This document shows, piece after piece, positions 9,201-17,052 of a DNA stretch of 54,160 nt (its first letter is position 1; the number at the start of each line of letters is the position of its first letter). The stretch is taken from assembly GCA_002454125.1 (NCBI GenBank), contig DKII01000092.1, positions 1-54,160 on the forward strand, in the 5' to 3' direction. The notes below the pieces were generated by a model, which worked only from the letters and a program-made list of their open reading frames with translations, was not told where the DNA came from and did not search any database. Both the position numbers and the translations under genes were made by a program. Source of the stretch: Novosphingobium sp. UBA6722 (GTDB taxonomy: Bacteria; Pseudomonadota; Alphaproteobacteria; Sphingomonadales; Sphingomonadaceae).

Positions 9201-9374
9201 CGACGCAGTCAGGAGATAGCGCTCATCAGGTGACCAGGCGGCCACGTCGATCGACCCGGGCAAGGTCTGGATCACGATCTTGGGCTGGACTGCCGTCTGG
9301 CCCAGTACTGGCGAAGCGGCCAGCAGCCCAAGCAATAAGGCCAGCTTCCGTAAAGTGGATCGCCAGTAAGCCAT
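6243..9374 (-). CDS. Secreted WD40/beta-propeller + C-terminal caspase-family (C14) protein
   Basis: Signal-peptide-like N-terminus; WD-type blades (AWSPDERYLLTAS..IIWD, LSFTNDG..WD, LKLWD); LTIGVDAY, VSFSGHG, IIDACHSG. Confidence 0.9.
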   Translation of the reverse strand: MAYWRSTLRKLALLLGLLAASPVLGQTAVQPKIVIQTLPGSIDVAAWSPDERYLLTASGVTREFIIWDVSRRLIIDRLRLPGAANAIGADLMRLTTMTVSADGRSAMIAGLVTDTETESRVAGRVYRIDLATRAITTERTAAPAGAKLEDVQGWYIAIGVLASDEDSPEMSLEQARALLPQLPVSPSGRYTLRRTDKGFEFVDQGRALPFATAAMPADVASAALAPDGRRIAFIRTAEDQVNTTIEIFDTLTARYGTPVTLEGDYQSVVWLNEREFLAHGNESYSTESDEDTAKTPLPPLAIVDGTSGQLIKTIEARCFPVSLGEGVFIGAGIGNCRAPLSQDRGLSVFNPTDGKWEAIPDLGLKADDTITVVTAHQASGRVAFAVTHADTSGAIYAVDTGEGNLDIGRGVDRGGIVTQLSFTNDGQNLFIGSNGVVTEWDLAKNSLRPLAGGALMPSFFASDGRNVLFAGLLQDGIGRVDLARNQALPPLELGNAMSGGFLPNRPIFWAASGLGSLKLWDTRDWSPLLTTYLFNGSKFVAVTQDGRYDTNLGPDADQFRWLVSDAPFQSLPAQVFMRDYFEPRLTQRLTDCTTARNCDQVLKPIPSIAKLNRALPVARITGVEPGEQPGTVEVQFELREGTANGKRSGVYNPRLFLNNRFASHTPDKPFTETETPEQWREVNRLPKQAEEGVYRYNFVEPIPTGGPDKLTFSVYAFNEDRVKGDTATFTYVRPPIVKRKPRAFVLTIGVDAYDEPRLELNYAVADARLIANRLAVIPGYEMHHAMLAGAKRPDGSRQPVTRKIIDSALGILAGMERGPKIQELAEAGIDASALDKATPDDIVIVSFSGHGWADPRGNFYLVPSDGKWADGEGTPDTSSLVSAATLTMWLRAIDAAEIAFIIDACHSGASVDSGSFKPGPMGDSGLGQLAFDKGIRILAATQAKEVARENGQLGQGLLTAALGKGLTPQGGPADLNSDRRITLDEWLRYAVQELPRLANAGGTARGFTITQRPTAAASKAAVQEPALFDFTNAASPVILRGTR

Positions 9375-9454
9375 GCCGCCACCTCCCCAAGATCAGAGGC
9401 TTGCAGGACTCACCGCACGAGTCAATCAAATGGCGTGCGGACCGGCCACTCGGC

Positions 9455-11182
9455 CTAGGCGGCCACCTGCTCGCCGCGCCGCACCAGCCGTCCGGGTAGC
9501 GCGCCGGTGTGCTGTCCGTTGCGGTAGGTCACCTGGCCAGAGACCACCGTGGCGACGATCCCGTCAGCCTTCTGGTGCATCCGTTTGCCTCCGGCGGGCA
9601 GATCGTACTCGATGGTCGGCACGCGGAGTTGCAGCGCCTCAAGGTCAATCACGTTCAGATCGGCCTTAAGCCCCGGCGCAATCCGGCCGCGATCGTTGAG
9701 GCCGACCAGACTGGCCGCGCGGCTGGTCAGTTCGGCAATCGCCTCGGGCAGGTCGATCCGCTCGTCCGGGGCGGCATCGCGGGCCCAGCGCTGAAGGTAA
9801 AAGGTCGGGAAGCTGGCATCGCAGATCAACCCGTAGTGCGCGCCGCCATCGGCCAGGGCCATGACTGTGTGCGGGCTGCCCAGCATCTCGCGCACCGGCT
9901 TCAGGTTGCCGCCGGTATAGTTGGCGGCCGGCAGATAGAACACCGTTCGCCCTTCATTGCCGAGCAGCGCCTCATAAGCATATTCGTCGAGCGACAGTCC
10001 GGCCGCCGCAGCGCGCGCGTCCACCCGGTCCTCGCGGCTCGGCTCATAATTCGGCTGATCGTCCCATTGATAAGTGCCGCGGAAGGTGCCGATCAGCATC
10101 AGCGTCGTCGGGTTGGTATCCTCAGGGCTTTCGGCCAGCAGCTTCGCCTTGAAGGCCGGATCGCGCATGATCGCCACCCGCTCAGCCAGCGGCAGGTGGG
10201 CGATCGCCTTGTAGCTGGGGTGGCTGCTGAAGTGGTGCAGCGACAGGTCCAGCCCGAAGAACATGCCCACCGGCCGCGGCGCGACCTGCCCGCGCATGGT
10301 CAGGCCATCGGCCGCCGCCTGCTCCAGCCCCGCCAGGTGATAGCGCCAGCCCTCGCCCGGCTGGTTTGGCACATCGAGCAAGGTAAAGGACACCGGCCGC
10401 CCCGAGGTTTCCGCCACCTGCCGCAGGATCGGGAACTCAACCTCGGCCGGTTCGGCCGGGGCCGGGATGATCTGGAACACGCCGCCATCGGCATCGTTAA
10501 GGCCCGCCGCGAGAGCGCAGAGCTCGTCAACATCGGAATAGAGGCTGGGCGCGAGCTCACCGGCGCGGGTGCGGTGCATGACGTTGCGGGAAGTGGTGAC
10601 GCCAAAGCCGCCCGCCGCAATGCCTTCCGCCACCAGCCGGCGCATCTCGGCCAGGTCCTCAGCAGTGGGCGCTTCCTTGCGCGCCGCCCGCTCACCCATC
10701 ACGTAAACCCGCAGCGCCGAATGCGGGATCTGCGCGGCGATATCGATATCGAGCTGCCGCTGTTCCAGCGCGTCGAGATATTCGGGGAAGGTCTCCCAGT
10801 TCCATGGCAGACCTTCAACCATCACAACTTCGGGAATGTCCTCGATCCCCTCCATCAGCTTGACCAGGGTATCGCGCTGATCCGGGCGGCACGGCGCAAA
10901 GCCGACTCCGCAATTGCCCATGACCGCCGTGGTCACCCCGTGGCCGGACGAAGGCGATAGCCGGTTCTCCCAGGTCACCTGGCCATCGAAATGGGTATGG
11001 ACGTCAACAAAGCCGGGGGTGACCAGCTTGCCCGCGGCGTCGATCACTTCGGCGGCGTCGCCCTCAACCCGGCCGACGGCGACAATCCGCCCGCCCTTCA
11101 CCGCGACATCGCCGACAATGGGCGGCGCTCCAGTGCCATCATGGATCGTCCCGCCGCGAATGATCAGATCATAGGGCGCCAC
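9455..11182 (-). CDS. N-acyl-D-amino-acid deacylase family amidohydrolase
   Basis: YDLIIRGGTIHDGTG, PGFVDVHTHFD, HGVTTAVMGNCGVGFAP, ADGGAH. Confidence 0.9.
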   Translation of the reverse strand: MAPYDLIIRGGTIHDGTGAPPIVGDVAVKGGRIVAVGRVEGDAAEVIDAAGKLVTPGFVDVHTHFDGQVTWENRLSPSSGHGVTTAVMGNCGVGFAPCRPDQRDTLVKLMEGIEDIPEVVMVEGLPWNWETFPEYLDALEQRQLDIDIAAQIPHSALRVYVMGERAARKEAPTAEDLAEMRRLVAEGIAAGGFGVTTSRNVMHRTRAGELAPSLYSDVDELCALAAGLNDADGGVFQIIPAPAEPAEVEFPILRQVAETSGRPVSFTLLDVPNQPGEGWRYHLAGLEQAAADGLTMRGQVAPRPVGMFFGLDLSLHHFSSHPSYKAIAHLPLAERVAIMRDPAFKAKLLAESPEDTNPTTLMLIGTFRGTYQWDDQPNYEPSREDRVDARAAAAGLSLDEYAYEALLGNEGRTVFYLPAANYTGGNLKPVREMLGSPHTVMALADGGAHYGLICDASFPTFYLQRWARDAAPDERIDLPEAIAELTSRAASLVGLNDRGRIAPGLKADLNVIDLEALQLRVPTIEYDLPAGGKRMHQKADGIVATVVSGQVTYRNGQHTGALPGRLVRRGEQVAA

Positions 11183-11300
11183 AGCCGCTTCCTCTCGCTT
11201 GCTGGCGGAATCGCTTCTGGCCCGCCGTTTTCGCGATAGTTTCAGAGACTGGCAGCTGCGGCAAGTATTGCGAGCGCCACCTGGCGCAATCGACAGGGGC

Positions 11301-12275
11301 TTAGCCCAGCGCGACCTTTGTTAGAGCACCACGCACTGCCGCCACATCGGGGGCCTGCCCGGCAAGCCAGTCCTCCGCCTCGGCAAGCTCGCCGGCCAGG
11401 GTCTGCGCCAGCTGATCACGCCGCTCCAGCCGCGCGGCATTGTCAAAGGCAAGCCCGGGTCGCTTCGAATAGGTGGTGAACAGCGGCCCGGACACCACCG
11501 TGTCGATCGCGGCGGCATTTGCTGGCATGCCCAGCAGTGTGGCGGCGGCCTGCAATGTGCCGGCTGGATCGCCATAGAACTGCTCGGCATCCAGCACCCG
11601 CGCGTTAGGCATGGCTGCGGCCGTTGCAGCAAAGCGGCGCATCTGGCCCAGCCATAGCGCCGCTCCGGCCTCGGCATCGCTGAGCGGCCCGGTCAAGCCC
11701 AGCTCTTGCGCAAACTGCGCAACAATGGTGCGCAGCCAGGCGCGGTGCTGATCGCTGCGCAGGATCGCGAGCAAATAGTCAGGCAGATCCAGCTTGAGGA
11801 GGATCGCCGGCGCGGCAGGGTCGGAAGCGGCAATCTCGTCCAGCAGGAAGTTTACCGGGACGTTGGCCTTGATCAGCGTTGCCCCGCCGCCGGGATAGCG
11901 CTTGGCCAGCAGGGCCAGCACCAGCCGCAACCGCTCGCTGTCGCGAGCCGCGCTCAGCTGGCGCAGCGCCAGCGGTTCGCGCAGGACCAGGTTCGCGCCG
12001 CCCGACAGTTCATCCAGCGCGCGCGCCAGCAGGGTCGAACCGCAATGCGCAACGTGAAAGATCCAGCCAAGCTGCGGCGGATTGCCATCGGCCGGTCCGA
12101 GCGAGGCCAGCGGCACCCACAACCCGCCTTCCCCCGCCGGGGAAATGCGCTGATCGAGGAAGATCGAACGCTGGTAGGCCGCCAGATCCATCGGCACGAA
12201 CAGCGCCTCATCCCCTTCCAGCGAGTGGAGGTAGTGGTCGGGCGATCCGCGCAATTGCTCAAGACTGGGCGACAT
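11301..12275 (-). CDS. Hypothetical protein, sulfotransferase-like P-loop fold
   Basis: IFHVAHCGSTLLARAL and LVLREP resemble sulfotransferase PSB-loop-like motifs. Confidence 0.5.
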   Translation of the reverse strand: MSPSLEQLRGSPDHYLHSLEGDEALFVPMDLAAYQRSIFLDQRISPAGEGGLWVPLASLGPADGNPPQLGWIFHVAHCGSTLLARALDELSGGANLVLREPLALRQLSAARDSERLRLVLALLAKRYPGGGATLIKANVPVNFLLDEIAASDPAAPAILLKLDLPDYLLAILRSDQHRAWLRTIVAQFAQELGLTGPLSDAEAGAALWLGQMRRFAATAAAMPNARVLDAEQFYGDPAGTLQAAATLLGMPANAAAIDTVVSGPLFTTYSKRPGLAFDNAARLERRDQLAQTLAGELAEAEDWLAGQAPDVAAVRGALTKVALG

Positions 12276-12324
12276 GGCCGCGGCTATAGCGCCCCCTCGC
12301 CGCTTGGGCTATCGCCGGGACGTC

Positions 12325-13314
12325 ATGGCCCGAATTCTCCCGCCTGCACCGGATCGTCCGCTCGCGATCATCGAACCGACCGGTGAAGCCAGCCTGCTGG
12401 AGATCGATCAGGACGCCCTGATTGCCCATTACAAAGCCCATGGGGCCCTGCTGTTCAGTGGTTTCAAGGCCTCGCTCGAACAGTTCCATGCCCTGGCTCG
12501 CCGGTTCTGCAGCACCGCGGTGGTGAACGAAAGTCCCGGTCGCGAATTGCTGGATGCCGACATGGCGGTCTACGCCGTTGATGGCGGCACCAATGCCTTC
12601 TCGCTCCACCCCGAATTGTCGCGCGAGCCATGGAAGCCGGACCTTGCGATGTTTGGCTGCCTCTCGGCCCCGACCGAAGGCGGGCGCACGACGCTGTGTG
12701 ACGGGGTCGCGCTGGCCAAAGCCCTGCCTCCGGAGATCCGGCGCGGGCTGGAGGGGCGGCGGCTGGTCTATCCCATGCCGACCTGGCCCAGCCTGCTGGA
12801 ATTCTGGCTGGGCACGTCAGAGCCAGACGACGACCTGCTGCGCAACCCACCGCCTGCTTGTCCCTATCAGTTCATGCGGCTGGGCGATGGCCGGATCATG
12901 CGGCTGTTTTCGCGCCCGGCGCTGCACAAGCCGATGTTTGCGGAGGAGCTTGCATTCGGCAATTTTCTGCTGTTCGCCCGGTTCAACAACAACCGCCAGG
13001 GCTTCCCGCTGCTCGATGATTTCAAGCCGGTCCCCGACGCATGGCTTGAGGCGATCCGGCAGATCGGCGACCGCCTGACGCTGGCGGTCAAATGGCAGCA
13101 GGGCGATGTACTGATGCTCGACAACACGCGCTTCATGCACGGCCGCACCGCAATCCTCGACAATGCCGAGCGCCGGATTGCGACTTACTTTGGCTACGTG
13201 AAGTTTGCCCTGCCCAACCCTGAAGAACCAGCCGACCCAATCTGGCGCCGAACCGACTTCATTCCCCCGGCTCCACCCGAGCATCTGGTTCAGCAGGCGC
13301 GCGAGCGGCTATGA
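12325..13314 (+). CDS. TauD/TfdA-family Fe(II)/2-oxoglutarate dioxygenase
   Basis: LHPELS (HxE), GGRTTLCDG, WQQGDVLMLDNTRFMHGR; start at 12325 chosen to avoid overlap with the divergent gene. Confidence 0.85.
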   Translation: MARILPPAPDRPLAIIEPTGEASLLEIDQDALIAHYKAHGALLFSGFKASLEQFHALARRFCSTAVVNESPGRELLDADMAVYAVDGGTNAFSLHPELSREPWKPDLAMFGCLSAPTEGGRTTLCDGVALAKALPPEIRRGLEGRRLVYPMPTWPSLLEFWLGTSEPDDDLLRNPPPACPYQFMRLGDGRIMRLFSRPALHKPMFAEELAFGNFLLFARFNNNRQGFPLLDDFKPVPDAWLEAIRQIGDRLTLAVKWQQGDVLMLDNTRFMHGRTAILDNAERRIATYFGYVKFALPNPEEPADPIWRRTDFIPPAPPEHLVQQARERL

Positions 13315-14847
13315 GCCAAGGAACGCCTTCAGCCGCTGGTGGAAATGCCGGATCTTGGTCTCGCCATAGTTGGCGAAGACGATTTCCTGCGACTTGATCG
13401 ACTTCATCCCCTTCTGGACGTGCGGCAGGTTGACCACGTCCTGGTTGAAGACCTTGGCCAGCATGCCAAGCTCGGGCGCATCGCAATAGTCATCGTCGAA
13501 GTCGAGCCAGTGGACCTTGGCCGGCGCGGGGCGCGGTTGGCCCTTGGCGACGGGCAGCATGAACATGATTTCGTGGATGCACTCCTCCGGATTGTCGCCG
13601 TGCGGGCGGAACCGGTAGAAGATCGGATTAAAGCAGCCCCATGGGCTGATGTTGGGAAACAGGTTGTAGTAGATCGTGTCGACGAACTCGGCATCGCTGA
13701 CCTGATCGACCTCATCCCCCAGCACCGCGCGCCATTTCTCGCGGGCTGCCTCGGCCATCGCCTTGCGGCGTTCGGGGATCGGCCCGCTGGTTGTGGGATC
13801 GGCTTCCTCTTCCCAGCCATCGGGAAGCCGGCCCCCAACCCAGTCGCATAGCTGGATGTCGGCATGGTCCAGTTCGCCCTCCAGGTGGTGGGCCTGATGG
13901 TCGAAAATGCCGGTCCGGCCATCGCGCGCTGTAACGCGGACGCGGTCTTCGCCCAGCCGCTCATAGACATTGCCTGACAGCGCGTGGCGGACCCGGGCAT
14001 AGGTCTTGGCCCCTTGCAGCGGCTCGGCCACCAGCGCCGGATTGACGTGCGGGCTCAGCAGCCCGTTGGGCGAGATCGCCCGCGACATGTTGCCGAACAC
14101 GTCATACTTCGAATTGGCATCGCCCATCGTGTCGAGCAGCGTCGGGTGGGTGGCGACAACATGGTAGGCCTCCATGAAGGCCTCTTGCGCCACCTTCCAG
14201 TTACAGCGCAGCTTCTTGGCGACATGGACCGCCTTATAGCGCCGCTCGAACGGGATCGGCTCGAAATGGCGGTCGATATCGCCCAGGAACTGTTCGAAGG
14301 ATTCGGCTTTGTCATCCGGGTTGATGAACACGAACCCGCCCCAGCGCCCCACCCGCACGGGTGGCAGACTGTGGGTCTTCTCGCTGACCGAGGGGAAGTC
14401 CCACTGGCAGGGCACTTCCTTCAGCGTGCCGTCGATCTTCCAGCCCCAGCCGTGGAACGGGCAGCGGAATTCCTTGAGGTGCTGCGCGTCCTCGGTCAGC
14501 AGCTGCCGGCCGCGGTGGAGACAGGCATTGGGAAAGGCCCTGATCTCGTCCGGTCCGGTGCGGACCACGATGTAGGAGAGGTTGGCAATGTCATAGACAT
14601 GGCTGTCACCGACATTGGGGATGTCGTCCTCATGACAGGCCATCTGCCAGACCCGCTTCCACAGCCGCTCGACCTCCAGATCAAAGAAGTCACGCGAGTA
14701 ATAGATGCTGGGGTGAACGATCGTCGGCCCCGGCGGCATCGGGCAATCCTCGCGCAGCTTCGCCGGCACCACGTGGGTGTCCATGTCCAGCAGTTCGTCA
14801 TAGCTGATCCCTTTGGACCGGTTGGTCCCCGTCAAGGTTTCGACCAT
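13309..14847 (-). CDS. Rieske non-heme iron oxygenase, alpha subunit
   Basis: Rieske CLHRG...CPFHG; NWK..EAFMEAYHVVATHP; late NQD iron ligand; GGAGG RBS. Confidence 0.92.
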   Translation of the reverse strand: MVETLTGTNRSKGISYDELLDMDTHVVPAKLREDCPMPPGPTIVHPSIYYSRDFFDLEVERLWKRVWQMACHEDDIPNVGDSHVYDIANLSYIVVRTGPDEIRAFPNACLHRGRQLLTEDAQHLKEFRCPFHGWGWKIDGTLKEVPCQWDFPSVSEKTHSLPPVRVGRWGGFVFINPDDKAESFEQFLGDIDRHFEPIPFERRYKAVHVAKKLRCNWKVAQEAFMEAYHVVATHPTLLDTMGDANSKYDVFGNMSRAISPNGLLSPHVNPALVAEPLQGAKTYARVRHALSGNVYERLGEDRVRVTARDGRTGIFDHQAHHLEGELDHADIQLCDWVGGRLPDGWEEEADPTTSGPIPERRKAMAEAAREKWRAVLGDEVDQVSDAEFVDTIYYNLFPNISPWGCFNPIFYRFRPHGDNPEECIHEIMFMLPVAKGQPRPAPAKVHWLDFDDDYCDAPELGMLAKVFNQDVVNLPHVQKGMKSIKSQEIVFANYGETKIRHFHQRLKAFLGS

Positions 14848-15015
14848 TTGCGTCCTCCTCCCGCAGCGACGGCTTTGCCGTGCGTTGGGGGGAAGCTACG
14901 CAGGACACGATCGGCGGCCTTGACCTGAGTCAAAAGCCGCCCTCTCAAATTGGCTAGCGGCGGGCAGCATTTTGGTGAGGTGCGTGTGGCCTGCCGTGGC
15001 TCTAACCCTGTCGGC

Positions 15016-15501
15016 ATGACGATCGACCTGGCTGACCTTGCCGCCGAAGCGGGCATCCGCCGCGCGCTTTACCGCTACTGCCGCGGTGTCGATCGCGGCG
15101 ATGCCGACATGATCGCCAGCGCCTATCACGACAATGCCGACGAGAACCACGGCGCCTTCCACGGCACCGGCCGCGAATTTGCCGAGCATCTGGTGCCACT
15201 GATGGACAAGGCGCCGGAAAACAGCGGCCACCACATCACCAACGTGCTGATCGACCGCACGGGCGATGCGGCCAATGTCGAAAGCTATTTCATCGCCTTT
15301 CATGCCCAGGACGATGGCGGGCGGGCCTTTGTGACGGGCCGTTACCTCGACCGGTTTGCCTGTCGGAACGGCGCATGGAAGATCGTGCGGCGCGAGGTGG
15401 TGATCGATTCCGATAGCCCCGCCACGAAGAGCATGGACCTGTCCGCCTATCCGCGCGGCGGGCGGCGCGAGGCCGATCCCTCGCATGGCTGGATCCGGTG
15501 A
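15016..15501 (+). CDS. SnoaL/NTF2-family protein
   Basis: YRYCRGVDRGD, HHITN, GRYLDRF...WKI. Confidence 0.85.
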   Translation: MTIDLADLAAEAGIRRALYRYCRGVDRGDADMIASAYHDNADENHGAFHGTGREFAEHLVPLMDKAPENSGHHITNVLIDRTGDAANVESYFIAFHAQDDGGRAFVTGRYLDRFACRNGAWKIVRREVVIDSDSPATKSMDLSAYPRGGRREADPSHGWIR

Positions 15502-15520
15502 CAGGCAAGGAGGATTAACG

Positions 15521-16267
15521 ATGCGACTGCAGGGCAAGACCGCGCTGATCACTGGGGGCTCTTCCGGCCTGGGCAATGCCATGGTGCGGCGCTTTGTGGC
15601 CGAGGGCGCAGCGGTGATCATCGCCGATATCGACGATGCCAATGGTCAGGCCTTGGCCGCCGAGCTGGGTCAGCAGGCCAGCTTCGTGCACCTTGACGTT
15701 GCGCAGGAAGCGGACTGGCAGCGCGCGCTTGGCAATGCTGCCAGCATCGACGTGCTGATCAATAATGCCGGGATCACCACCTATGGCTCGATTGAGGACG
15801 TGACACTCGAGCAGTTCAAGCACGAGCTCGATATTGATGTGATCGGCGTGTTCCTGGGCTGCAAATATGCCGTCGCGAACATGAAGGCGCATGGGCGCGG
15901 CGGTTCGATCATCAACATGTCTTCGCTCGCCGGGCTGCGCGCCAACGGCAACCTCGCTGCTTACAATGCGGCCAAGGCAGCGGTGACGCTGCTGACCAAG
16001 TCGGTCGCGATGCACTGCGCCACGAGCGGCTATGGCATCCGCTGCAACTCGATCCATCCCGGCGTGATTCACACCCCGATCCTCGACAAGGTGCTGGCCC
16101 AGACCCCCAACCCGGATGAAGTCTATGCCGGCTGGGTCGCGGTTCATCCGATTGGCCGGATCGGCAAGCCCGAGGAAATTGCGGCCATGGCGGTCTATCT
16201 CGCTTCGGACGAGGCCGGGTTCACCACCGGGGCCGAATTCAAGGTCGATGGCGGCAGCTCGATATGA
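15521..16267 (+). CDS. Short-chain dehydrogenase/reductase
   Basis: TGGSSGLG, NNAG, YNAAK; AGGAGG RBS. Confidence 0.93.
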   Translation: MRLQGKTALITGGSSGLGNAMVRRFVAEGAAVIIADIDDANGQALAAELGQQASFVHLDVAQEADWQRALGNAASIDVLINNAGITTYGSIEDVTLEQFKHELDIDVIGVFLGCKYAVANMKAHGRGGSIINMSSLAGLRANGNLAAYNAAKAAVTLLTKSVAMHCATSGYGIRCNSIHPGVIHTPILDKVLAQTPNPDEVYAGWVAVHPIGRIGKPEEIAAMAVYLASDEAGFTTGAEFKVDGGSSI

Positions 16268-17052
16268 ACCCGATCTCCTTCGCCGCCGGGATCGTTCCGG
16301 GTGCAGGGCCGGTCGAAACCATCCGCGCCGCGGCCGAGGGCGGTTTCGACATGACCGGGCTGTGGATCGAGCCCGAGCAATGGAGCCCTACGCTGCTGCG
16401 GGAGAGCAAGGCTGCGCTGGCTGAGACCGGACTGCCCTTGCTCGACGTCGAGGTCATCTGGATCAAGCCCGGCGACGACCTTTCAGCCCACAAGGCCTGC
16501 ATCGACATCGGCGCGGAGCTGGGCGCCAGCAACGTGCTCTGTGTCTCGTCCGACCCGGACATGGGCGCCACCGCCGCCCGCCTCGCCGCGCTGTGCGAGC
16601 ATGCCGAGGGTTCTGGCATGCGCGTCGCGCTGGAATTCGGAATCTTCACCGTGGTCAAAAACCTGGCGATGGCATTGGCCGTGCTTGACGCGGTCGCCCA
16701 CCCGCTGCGCGCCTTGCTGATCGACCCGATCCATGTCGATCGCTCCGGCGGCGCGATTGATGCCATCGCACAGGTCCCGCGCGAATTGTTGCCCTATGCC
16801 CAGTTCTGCGACGCACCGGCGGAGCGGCCAGACCCCGCCGACTTCAACGCGATCATCACCGATGCCATAGACCTGCGCGAGCAATGCGGTGAAGGCGGTC
16901 TGCCGCTCGGCGCGCTCTATCACGCACTTCCGGCTGGCATTCCGCTGAGCATTGAACTGCGTTCCAAGACGCTGCGCGATGCCTTTCCAGACCTGGGTGC
17001 GCGCGCCAAGGCCGTGGCGACGGCAACGCGCAGCTGGTTGCAGGCGCGCTAG
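16264..17052 (+). CDS. Sugar phosphate isomerase/epimerase (AP endonuclease 2 TIM-barrel) family
   Basis: ALEF, LIDPIH, QFCDA, SIELRS metal motifs; ATGA overlap. Confidence 0.8.
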   Translation: MNPISFAAGIVPGAGPVETIRAAAEGGFDMTGLWIEPEQWSPTLLRESKAALAETGLPLLDVEVIWIKPGDDLSAHKACIDIGAELGASNVLCVSSDPDMGATAARLAALCEHAEGSGMRVALEFGIFTVVKNLAMALAVLDAVAHPLRALLIDPIHVDRSGGAIDAIAQVPRELLPYAQFCDAPAERPDPADFNAIITDAIDLREQCGEGGLPLGALYHALPAGIPLSIELRSKTLRDAFPDLGARAKAVATATRSWLQAR

